Part shown: piece after piece, positions 18,153 to 26,491 of the stretch
Numbering within the stretch: position 1 is the stretch's first letter
Layout of the letters: every line of letters begins with the position of its first letter
Assembly: GCA_011364925.1 (NCBI GenBank)
Contig: RDOA01000001.1
Span: 1-29,986, forward strand
Direction of reading: 5' to 3'
DNA from: Promethearchaeota archaeon
GTDB taxonomy: Archaea; Asgardarchaeota; Lokiarchaeia; Sigyniarchaeales; SOKP01
Length of the DNA: 29,986 nucleotides
Made by a program: the position numbers and the translations under genes
The notes under the pieces: model-generated
Told to the model about the DNA's origin: nothing
Database searches by the model: none
Seen by the model: only the letters and a program-made list of their open reading frames with translations

Positions 18153-20096
18153 CTACAGAATGTGTTTTTCCCATTCTTCAATGCTCTCTATAATATGATT
18201 TATATCTACATCGCTTAGATGACCGAGATGAGTTTTGTATTGGTTTATTTTACTTCTTATCTTATGCAGTGTTACGCTGAAACCCTTCTTCTCCAAGATC
18301 AAGTCCGCGATTTTTTCCATTTCTTCACTGAATTCTTCTCCGTTGAGTTTGTGAAGCTTTTGAATTAAAGTTTTAAATGCAGTTTTTATAAACACAGAAG
18401 AATCTTCATTCGCTTCTATTGGTTCTTTATCTTTTATTGACTCATGTGCGACATTAACTTTTTCAGAGGGAATTTCAATTTTTTTTTGGATTTTTTCAGA
18501 TACAGTGGTAAACTTATCACTAAGCTTTACTTCTTGGAAAGAAGGTTCTTCTTTTACTGGAGTTTTGGATTTTGTTTGAGTTACTTTAAAGTGCGAAGAA
18601 GAAATCGGATTTGAAGTTTTTACTACATTACTTTCTTTTAAAGGACTGATACCAAGAGATTTTGGCGTCTCATATAAACTGGATGTTGCAGTATCCCACA
18701 CTGTGTTAACAACAGATAAAAATAATTTAATCACAGATTTATTACTTGTTGCAAATCCAATAAAATCTGATAACGAATCTTGGGAAGATTCTCTTATCAA
18801 TCCGATAAGTAAATAATTATCATCACTTTTACAGACCATAATATTATCGTTTTTAAGAGTTCGAAATTCTAGATTCTTCAATTCTTTTAACGCTTTAACG
18901 TGACTATTAGTGTGCGGCTCTGAAGATGCTAATTCAATTTTAACACCTTTGGATATGTCTTTAAAATCATCATATGCAATATGGTCCTCTAACTTGGGAA
19001 CAATTACCATAAATTTTTGTCGTGATTGTGAAATGTTAAATATGATTTCTTCGTTAGCTCTTGACACACTATTTATATCCCAGAAATCAATGTCTCCTAC
19101 GGTTGTAGTTAATTTTAAATAGCTTTCCAAAGAGTTATTAATAGGATTATTTAATGCAGCAACAGAATCAATAGAATGATATATGATTTCCTTGAAATTT
19201 TCTATAATCACATTCTCAAAGTCATTTAGATCAGCGTCTAGGGTATCTCGTTTTGTTTTTATTAGTTCAATTATTACATTAATCTTTTTCTCGTAACTAT
19301 TTAACATGTTAAGTAAAACTAATTGAAAATCGTTTCGAAATTGGAAGGTTGAATTCACAATATTATTTAAGGACTCGATTGTATTTTTAAACTCCGCCTC
19401 TATTAATCTGTGCAAGTTTGCAGTAAAATCTTTCAAAAATTTATTGAAGTTCTCCTTAAATACGTTTTCTATTGCGTCTAAGACAGGCTTTTCATTTTTT
19501 TTTAATTCTAAGTATCCAATTTGATTGTTAATATCAGTTTTAATGTTTGTAATTAATTTAATAAGATATGAAAACTGAGTCTGAGTTATTCCTTTTATAG
19601 ACTGTTGTAAGTTTTCTATAACCTTTTCTATCACTTTCAAGTTTTCCATACCCTGGACTATATCTTCAATGTCTTGTTTCTGAATGATTACGTCCTCTTC
19701 GATATCCTTCCATAGATCTTGTGTAGCCTTATACATAGAATCTAATTCGACCAATTTATTCTCTTGAAAGATAGTACTTAAGGAATTCGATATTAGCAAT
19801 TGTAATTGACCTTTAAGGACGTCTAGGTTCGTATTTATATTGTTATAATAATTAAGGATAGGATTAATTGGAGGAAGTGATAGATATTGTAAAAACAACT
19901 CTGAGCCTTGAAGTTTAATCGGTACGAACAAACCTGCTTCAGTTAATTCTTTAATTATATTAGAAAAATCTTCTTGAGAAATATTTGGTAAAATCGAAAA
20001 TAATTCAAAAGAAGATAATGGCGCTTGACCAACACAACGGAGGTACAACTCGAGTGCTGTATCTGAAAGTTGGATACTTTTTAATAAGTCTTTCAT
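18153..20096 (-). CDS. TrmB-like protein: N-terminal wHTH, long coiled-coil region, TrmB/PLD-like effector domain, low-complexity linker, C-terminal helical domain
   Basis: N-terminus 'LSDTALELYL...LSSFELFSILP...IIKELTEAGLF...YLSLPP' resembles the TrmB HTH. About 250 aa of heptad-like helices. 'FWDINSVSRANEEIIFNISQSRQKFMVIVP' resembles the start of the TrmB C-domain. No HKD motif. Confidence 0.6.
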   Translation of the reverse strand: MKDLLKSIQLSDTALELYLRCVGQAPLSSFELFSILPNISQEDFSNIIKELTEAGLFVPIKLQGSELFLQYLSLPPINPILNYYNNINTNLDVLKGQLQLLISNSLSTIFQENKLVELDSMYKATQDLWKDIEEDVIIQKQDIEDIVQGMENLKVIEKVIENLQQSIKGITQTQFSYLIKLITNIKTDINNQIGYLELKKNEKPVLDAIENVFKENFNKFLKDFTANLHRLIEAEFKNTIESLNNIVNSTFQFRNDFQLVLLNMLNSYEKKINVIIELIKTKRDTLDADLNDFENVIIENFKEIIYHSIDSVAALNNPINNSLESYLKLTTTVGDIDFWDINSVSRANEEIIFNISQSRQKFMVIVPKLEDHIAYDDFKDISKGVKIELASSEPHTNSHVKALKELKNLEFRTLKNDNIMVCKSDDNYLLIGLIRESSQDSLSDFIGFATSNKSVIKLFLSVVNTVWDTATSSLYETPKSLGISPLKESNVVKTSNPISSSHFKVTQTKSKTPVKEEPSFQEVKLSDKFTTVSEKIQKKIEIPSEKVNVAHESIKDKEPIEANEDSSVFIKTAFKTLIQKLHKLNGEEFSEEMEKIADLILEKKGFSVTLHKIRSKINQYKTHLGHLSDVDINHIIESIEEWEKHIL

Positions 20097-20231
20097 ATTG
20101 GTCTTGTTCCTTTTTGGTTTTAATAATATGTAAGATCAATATCTAAATTTTAAAGTTTTTTAGATTAAAAAAAATATTTAAACTATAACTTTCTACACTA
20201 AATTATAAAGACTTTAGGTATTAACAGTATT

Positions 20232-21635
20232 ATGAGCCCCTATGAGGATATTTTCTTCTACTTGGATTTAACAAAAGAAATATTAAAAAAAAAAGAAGTA
20301 GTTAAGGCAATAAAGTTTTACATCTCTGAAAGGAATAAAACGAATGTTAAAGGCAATTATGGATTATTGATCTTCCAAGAAGCAGGGGATCCAATATTTA
20401 TAACTGATAAGGCGGATTCCGATATCATTGAGAACGCTATTGAAGAAAACTGGAAAAATCGTCCTAAGGAGCAATCTTTTTTTGAAAATGGGCTATTTTA
20501 CATCTTTTCATATATAGCTGAGACTATAAGAAAGAAATCAAGACATAATAGAATTATTATTATCACCGATACGCCTAGCGATCTGGCTGAAGAATACACT
20601 GAAGCACTGTTCGGTTTGGTCTCAAAAATCAAAGGAATACCTACTTTTATAGATATTATCAGAATCTCAGAGAAAGAAGAACGATTCTTTAGAGACGATG
20701 TTAAACTCAATATTTTAGCAAACGATACGAAGGGGAGAATTTTCTACTTATCAGATCGGAAAGATTTCATGGATATTATAAAAAGTTTAACAAAATCTAA
20801 AGAAATTTTGAACTTATTTCAACAAGATTCAGATAAATTTAAAATTAAAAAAGAGGATTATGATTTCTATTCCCGTTTAGCCAAAAATTTAATTCCCGCA
20901 CAGACGACTGAAGTAGGTTTGAAATGTCACCTCTGTCAAGAAGAAATTTGTCCTAGTTGTGCCGATGTAAACGATACATTGCAATTATGCGAAAACTGTA
21001 AAAGTCCATTTCATAATTGTTGTGTGACTAATTACACAATACAGAATAATATTGGAATACCATTTATTTTTCGGTGTCCCAATACCGAATGCCAGATACT
21101 TTTAAAAATCGATCAAGAGGAAATTGTGACACCAAATGAAGATACAGCTGAATCAATCGAAGAGTTTATAGAAAAGGATGGAAATATTCCAACTTTTGCT
21201 GAGGACCTGATTGAGGATAGCCCTGGGTTATCTGATGCTGAACGGCACTACCAAGAGACTGAATCAGTATCAGAGAACAATCAGGGAAAAAAATCCGAAC
21301 AAAGCGTGCGAAAAGTCAGAATTGGAGGATTTTTTGGTAAAACATATACTATTAAAAAAGAAGGCGATAAAATTATATATCAAAAGATATCTACCCCGAA
21401 TGGTTCAAGTGAGTTTGAAGATATAGAAGAAAAAGAAATTAATCTCCCTCCGAAACCAAGGCTTGAAAAAGTTATGGTTCCCCAATCTTGGAGCCCTTCA
21501 AGAAAAACTAACGAGGCAGATAATGATAAAAATAAGCCAAGTGAAATAAATTGTCCTAGTTGTGGCACACAAATAAATGATTTAAATAGTAAGATCCAGT
21601 TATGCCCGTATTGCGGACATAGGTTAGAATTATAA
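20232..21635 (+). CDS. vWA-like domain + Cys-rich RING/PHD-like finger + C-terminal zinc ribbon protein (paralog 1)
   Basis: vWA-type strands/helices 'IFFYLDL', 'YGLLIF', 'SFFENGL', 'RIIIITD', 'FIDIIRI', 'LANDTKGRIFY'; finger CHLC-x4-CPSC-x9-CENC-x4-HNCC-x17-CPNTEC; terminal CPSC...CPYC. Confidence 0.7.
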   Translation: MSPYEDIFFYLDLTKEILKKKEVVKAIKFYISERNKTNVKGNYGLLIFQEAGDPIFITDKADSDIIENAIEENWKNRPKEQSFFENGLFYIFSYIAETIRKKSRHNRIIIITDTPSDLAEEYTEALFGLVSKIKGIPTFIDIIRISEKEERFFRDDVKLNILANDTKGRIFYLSDRKDFMDIIKSLTKSKEILNLFQQDSDKFKIKKEDYDFYSRLAKNLIPAQTTEVGLKCHLCQEEICPSCADVNDTLQLCENCKSPFHNCCVTNYTIQNNIGIPFIFRCPNTECQILLKIDQEEIVTPNEDTAESIEEFIEKDGNIPTFAEDLIEDSPGLSDAERHYQETESVSENNQGKKSEQSVRKVRIGGFFGKTYTIKKEGDKIIYQKISTPNGSSEFEDIEEKEINLPPKPRLEKVMVPQSWSPSRKTNEADNDKNKPSEINCPSCGTQINDLNSKIQLCPYCGHRLEL

Positions 21636-21783
21636 TTTTTAATTGAGTACTCTTCGAACGAAATTATTGATAAATAAAATTAGAATGAACCAAGGATCAA
21701 TAAAAATAAATAAAAAATCTGTTATCATTCTATGTAACTTCACTTGATTATTGGATAAAATTTTTAGTGCTCTTGGTTTTAAT

Positions 21784-23175
21784 ATGTTTAAGAAATCAGC
21801 GGTGAATTCAGAGGAATTTATTTTTTACATCGATCTCATAACAGAATTTATTAAAAAGAAGAATTTTATCAAAAGTATTGGCGCTTTCATAAAAGATAAA
21901 GCTAAATTTAACACGGTAAGCTCATATGGATTATTAATTTTTCAAAAGGACGATAATCCTGTATCGTTATACGATGAAACCGATTTTGAACCGATCAGTG
22001 AAATTATGGAAGAAAAGTGGGAGTTTAGAGAAACGAGCCAAAGTTTTTTTGAGAACGGTCTATTTGAAATACTAGCCTATGTCTTTAGAAGAAGTAGAGA
22101 AGCACGCAAAAATTATAGAATAATAATTATTTCTGATACTCCTAGCACCTTATCAGAAGATTACCATAACGCGCTTTATGATCTTTTAATTAAAGCTAAA
22201 AATTTCGATACATTCATCGACATTATCCGCGTAGGAGAGGAAAAATTTTACGACGACGATGTTAAATTAAAAATTATAACAAGCGAAACGCATGGCGGCG
22301 TGCTCTATTGCAACGATCCAAAATCATTTTATAATATCTTAGGATCCTTAGTTCAGAGTAAATCAGAATTTAATGTCGTTCAACCAGAAGCAAGTAACCT
22401 AATTTTAAAAGAGGACAAGATATTCTACGAAAAATTAGCTGTAGATTTAATTTCATTAAACGCTGGAGAGGAGGAAAAGTGCGATATATGCGAAAAGGAA
22501 GTATGTCCTTTTTGTAATGCATACTCGGATGAAGTACACAAGTGCTTTAACTGTAATGCGAAATATCACGCTTGTTGTGCTGCTGATTATTCTATTTCAA
22601 ATAACATAGGTTTTAATCATCTATTTAGATGTATTCAATGCGATACTCTGTTAAAATTAGATGAAGATTACGTTGAGATGATTTACGAAGAGGAATACGA
22701 AGAAGAAATGCAAGAAGTTCCAGCTGAAGAAACTGAACCTGATGTAACACCTCCCAAAATTGAAGATCATATTAATATAGAAGAAGTAGTAGAAGAAATT
22801 CAAGTAGAACAACAAAGTGTTGACGAAAATATTGAAGAAGTAATTATTGGAGAGAGCATTCTCAACCCAGAAAAACTCAAATCTCCACCGAGTCTAAGCA
22901 AACCTCCTTCGCTTACAACTACAGTCAAAAAAGTAAGGATTGGTGGATATTTTGGTCAAGAAGTTAGTGTTAAGTCTAACGGTTCTGGTAATGGCCTTAT
23001 TCCTTCAATAAGAAAGTCAGTCTCGAAAGATACGGAAGTATTAACCCACGCGGAAGAGAAAATTTCAATAACTACATTAAAACCACCTAAAAAAAGCACC
23101 ATTAAATTATGTAAAATGTGCGGTCAAACTCTTATGAGTACTTCCACATGTCCTAAGTGTGGATTTAAAAATTAA
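21784..23175 (+). CDS. vWA-like domain + Cys-rich RING/PHD-like finger + C-terminal zinc ribbon protein (paralog 2)
   Basis: Colinear with the upstream paralog ('FIFYIDL', 'YGLLIFQ', 'QSFFENGLF', 'RIIIISDTPS', 'TFIDIIRV', 'DDVKL', 'ETHGG'); finger CDIC-x4-CPFC-x9-CFNC-x4-HACC-x17-CIQC; terminal CKMC...CPKC. ATG 21784 preferred over TTG 21751. Confidence 0.7.
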   Translation: MFKKSAVNSEEFIFYIDLITEFIKKKNFIKSIGAFIKDKAKFNTVSSYGLLIFQKDDNPVSLYDETDFEPISEIMEEKWEFRETSQSFFENGLFEILAYVFRRSREARKNYRIIIISDTPSTLSEDYHNALYDLLIKAKNFDTFIDIIRVGEEKFYDDDVKLKIITSETHGGVLYCNDPKSFYNILGSLVQSKSEFNVVQPEASNLILKEDKIFYEKLAVDLISLNAGEEEKCDICEKEVCPFCNAYSDEVHKCFNCNAKYHACCAADYSISNNIGFNHLFRCIQCDTLLKLDEDYVEMIYEEEYEEEMQEVPAEETEPDVTPPKIEDHINIEEVVEEIQVEQQSVDENIEEVIIGESILNPEKLKSPPSLSKPPSLTTTVKKVRIGGYFGQEVSVKSNGSGNGLIPSIRKSVSKDTEVLTHAEEKISITTLKPPKKSTIKLCKMCGQTLMSTSTCPKCGFKN

Positions 23176-23277
23176 ATCTATTTCTCAGCTTAAATTATGA
23201 ACAAGATTTAAGTGATGGAAGATTCTTTACTTTTAATTCGTTTTTAAAGATTTAAAATGAGATTTTTAATGATTTAG

Positions 23278-24618
23278 ATGTTTCTTAAAGAAGAATTAGG
23301 AATTTTCGAGAGAAATCACCCAAAATCTAAAAAGCTTTGGGAAAAGGCTATTAAAGTCCTGCCAGGGGGTATTTCTCACAACATTCGGACATTTGGATTG
23401 CCAATAATTGGAGGATTTCCAATATTCATAAGTTCGTCATCTGGACCTTACGTTAAGGATATTGACGATAATAAGTATCTCGATTTTTGGAACGGTCATT
23501 TTGCTATGATCTTAGGACACAATCCTCCAGAGATTCAAGAAATAATCAAACAGCATTTACAAAATGGGTGGCATTTTGGTACGAATACTCCATATCAAAT
23601 TGAGTTAGCTTCCAAGTTAATTGATGACAATCCTGGCGTTGAAAAAGTGAGATTTTGTACTAGTGGAACTGAGGCTACCATGTACGCTACAAGGTTAGCT
23701 CGAGCATACACTAATAGAAAACTCATTGCTAAAGCAGTAATGGGGTGGCATGGTGCGAGTGACACATTATGTTACGATGTTGGTGGTTTAGTAAATGGAA
23801 AAGCTCCTTTAGGACAACTAAAGGCAGAAGAAGCTGGCATTATCACCTTCACAATCAACCAAGACGATTCCTTTGATATGATTCAAAAAAATTCGAGTCA
23901 ATTAGCAGCTATTATTTTAGAACCAATATTAGGCGGAGGAGGAGGCTTCGCTGTGAATGTCGAGTTTTTGAAAAGATTAAGGGAGGAAACTGAAAAATAT
24001 GGAATTCTTCTTATCTTTGATGAAGTTATAACGGGTTATCGATTCAATGATTCCTTACTTCAAAATAACTTAAAAATAATACCGGATTTAACGACAATGG
24101 GCAAAATTATTGGTGGCGGGTTTCCAATAGGTGCTATTGGCGGGAAAGAAGAAATAATTGAGCTTTCTAGTCCTCAAAGTAAAAGTCAAGTGTTAATTGG
24201 CGGAGGAACATTTTCTGGTTATCCTCTTAGTATGATTGCTGGATTGAAAACTTTAGAAGTGTTGAAAAAATCTCAACAAAATTATAGTAGGATAAATGAA
24301 GAGGGAACTAGCTTGATTCATCGTTTAAACAACTTCTTTAATGATCATAAATTACCTGTTGTAGCTACAGGTTTTAAATCGATTGTCATGCTCCATGTAA
24401 TGTCAAAATGGATTAAAAACCCTTCGTTTAACGAGATACTTGAATTTGCTGATAAAAGGAGAGAGGCACTCCTTCAATTAGCTCTTTTTAATCGCGGAAT
24501 CTCTGGTTTACATGGTTTAGGTGCTCTTTCGATGGCAAATACACACGAACATATCATACAAGTTATGAATGTAATGGAAGAGATCGCAGAACCAGTCTCC
24601 CAATCTTCTCTCAATTAA
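23278..24618 (+). CDS. Class III PLP aminotransferase, glutamate-1-semialdehyde aminomutase (HemL)-like
   Basis: 'VLPGGISHN', 'YLDFWNG...ILGH', 'RFCTSGTEATMYATRLARAYT', 'LIFDEVITGYR', 'PDLTTMGKIIGGGFPIGA'. Confidence 0.85.
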   Translation: MFLKEELGIFERNHPKSKKLWEKAIKVLPGGISHNIRTFGLPIIGGFPIFISSSSGPYVKDIDDNKYLDFWNGHFAMILGHNPPEIQEIIKQHLQNGWHFGTNTPYQIELASKLIDDNPGVEKVRFCTSGTEATMYATRLARAYTNRKLIAKAVMGWHGASDTLCYDVGGLVNGKAPLGQLKAEEAGIITFTINQDDSFDMIQKNSSQLAAIILEPILGGGGGFAVNVEFLKRLREETEKYGILLIFDEVITGYRFNDSLLQNNLKIIPDLTTMGKIIGGGFPIGAIGGKEEIIELSSPQSKSQVLIGGGTFSGYPLSMIAGLKTLEVLKKSQQNYSRINEEGTSLIHRLNNFFNDHKLPVVATGFKSIVMLHVMSKWIKNPSFNEILEFADKRREALLQLALFNRGISGLHGLGALSMANTHEHIIQVMNVMEEIAEPVSQSSLN

Positions 24619-24664
24619 TTATAATTATTGTACAATTAAATCTAATATATGGAGTGAATGCTTT

Positions 24665-25690
24665 ATGAAAAACAAATTTGAAGTAGTGCAGGTGGGTTTA
24701 GGACCAATGGGGAAAATTATAGCGCAACTTATTATCAATCGAGAAAACATTTCTTTAAGAGGGGTAGTAGACATTGATCCTGAACTTCAAGGAAAAGATT
24801 TAGATGAGCTTCTTAACGAGAGTAAAGGGAAGAACTTAGTAATAAACTCTGATTTAAAAAAAGTTCTTTCTGAAAACAGAATTGATGTGACCATAATTGC
24901 AACTTCTTCCTCACTTGAGAAAGTTGCACCGTTAATCGCACTTGCCGTTGAATCTGGAAGCAATGTTATCTCAATATGCGAAGAGTTATCTTACCCTTTT
25001 CAATACTTTCCAAAACTTTCAGAAGAGTTAAACGCATTGGCTGTTTCTAACAATGTTACGCTTGTCGGAACTGGGATAAATCCGGGATATCTTATGGACT
25101 TATTACCAATTATTATTACTGCTCCATGTCAGAGAGTCAAATCCATTGTGGTCAGAAGAATGATGAATTCTGCTAAGCGAAGAGTGCCCTTTCAGCGAAA
25201 GATAGGAACAGGTCTTAGTCCTAGTGAATTTAGGCAAAAAATTGACGATAAGGAAATTACAGGTCATGTTGGATTAACACAATCAATTCAGATGATTTGT
25301 GATGCCCTAGGACTTAGTTACGATGAGATTAACGAGTTCCCACCTCAGGAAGTAATCACTGAGAAAGAATTTACGACTTCTTACGGTGAAAACGTTCCAA
25401 AAGGTTATGTTTGTGGGTTGCAAAGCAAAGCTGTGGCAATAAAAGATGGTAAGGAATTTATCCTTTTAGATTTTTTAGCATACGCTGGTGATCACGAAGA
25501 ATACGACAGTATAGACATAAAAGGGATTCCTAATATACATCAAAAGATTATTGGTGGCGTTCATGGAGATTTAGGAACTTCTGCAATGGTCGTTAATTTG
25601 ATTCCAATTGTAATAAAAGCAAGGAGTGGTTTGCTTACGATGAAAGATCTCCCAACGCCTTGTAATACTGAAAATATATGGAAAGAATAA
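24665..25690 (+). CDS. 2,4-diaminopentanoate dehydrogenase (Ord)/amine dehydrogenase-like NAD(P)-dependent oxidoreductase (DapB-like N-terminus)
   Basis: Rossmann 'QVGLGPMG', 'NVISICEELSYP', 'GTGINPGYLMD', 'GHVGL', 'GGVHGDLGTSAMVVNLIP', 'GLLTMKDLP'. Confidence 0.8.
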   Translation: MKNKFEVVQVGLGPMGKIIAQLIINRENISLRGVVDIDPELQGKDLDELLNESKGKNLVINSDLKKVLSENRIDVTIIATSSSLEKVAPLIALAVESGSNVISICEELSYPFQYFPKLSEELNALAVSNNVTLVGTGINPGYLMDLLPIIITAPCQRVKSIVVRRMMNSAKRRVPFQRKIGTGLSPSEFRQKIDDKEITGHVGLTQSIQMICDALGLSYDEINEFPPQEVITEKEFTTSYGENVPKGYVCGLQSKAVAIKDGKEFILLDFLAYAGDHEEYDSIDIKGIPNIHQKIIGGVHGDLGTSAMVVNLIPIVIKARSGLLTMKDLPTPCNTENIWKE

Positions 25691-25754
25691 GAAATTATCA
25701 AAAAATTGAAATTAATTCAAATTTTAATTACACATAAACAGTAAGGTGTTCTCT

Positions 25755-26471
25755 ATGTCAGAAAAGAACCAAAAAACCGTATCTCGAATTAAAGAAGTCG
25801 AAAGCACAAATTTAGCTCCAGACAATATAAGAAACGAAGTAATTGAAACAAAAAAAGCTGTTGAAAAGGACAACGATTTGTTAGCCGAGAGAATCCACCA
25901 AAACTTTAAGGAACACAATGTTAAATCTTTCGATATTGTCGGTGCGATCGGAGCTGGGAAAACGGCTCTGCTAGAAACGATATCTCAAAGGTTAACAACT
26001 AAATATCGCGTGTTAGTTATTTGTGGGGATATTACAACTCGAGTAGATGCTGATCGAATAGAAAAACACAATGCTGAGACAATTCAGATAAACACAGGTA
26101 GAGAATGCGCCTTAAATGCCTATCACATTCACCAGATTATAAAAAATAAAGATTTAAATAAGTATGACATCGTCTTTATTGAGAACGTAGGAAATCTAAT
26201 TTGTCCATCTGATTTCATTTTGGGTACAGATCAACGCATAATTATAGTTTCTATTACTGAAGGAGAATGGGTCGTAGAAAAACATCCAATGTTATTTAAA
26301 ATGTCAGATATTGCTGTAATTAATAAAATCGATTTAAAAGAGCGCCTCGGAACTAATGTTGATAAAATGATTTCCGACGCTAAAAAAATAAACCCCAATA
26401 TTAAAGTTATTACTACTAGTGCAAAAACGGGGGAAAATGTTGAAAAATTAATGAGTTTAATGGGTTTTTAA
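25755..26471 (+). CDS. hypB: Hydrogenase nickel incorporation GTPase HypB (archaeal type)
   Basis: 'FDIVGAIGAGKT', 'GD....DADR', 'INTGREC', 'FIENVGNLICP', 'SITEG', 'INKID', 'TSAKTGE'. ATG 25755 is preceded by AAGGTG (track start GTG 25746). Confidence 0.9.
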   Translation: MSEKNQKTVSRIKEVESTNLAPDNIRNEVIETKKAVEKDNDLLAERIHQNFKEHNVKSFDIVGAIGAGKTALLETISQRLTTKYRVLVICGDITTRVDADRIEKHNAETIQINTGRECALNAYHIHQIIKNKDLNKYDIVFIENVGNLICPSDFILGTDQRIIIVSITEGEWVVEKHPMLFKMSDIAVINKIDLKERLGTNVDKMISDAKKINPNIKVITTSAKTGENVEKLMSLMGF

Positions 26472-26491
26472 AACTAATTTGATGAGATAAT

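Noticed and set aside
18153-20096. Phospholipase D/nuclease or SMC-like ATPase
   Set aside because: No HKD motif and no Walker A/B motifs are visible.
20232-23175. Sec23/Sec24-like COPII pair (vWA paralogs, with a gelsolin gene nearby)
   Set aside because: Sec23/24 have the zinc finger N-terminal to the vWA trunk, plus beta-barrel, helical and gelsolin domains in the same chain. Here the fingers are C-terminal and those domains are absent.
23278-24618. Assigning the symbol hemL
   Set aside because: No tetrapyrrole genes are nearby and the motifs deviate; the family is clear but the specific function is not.
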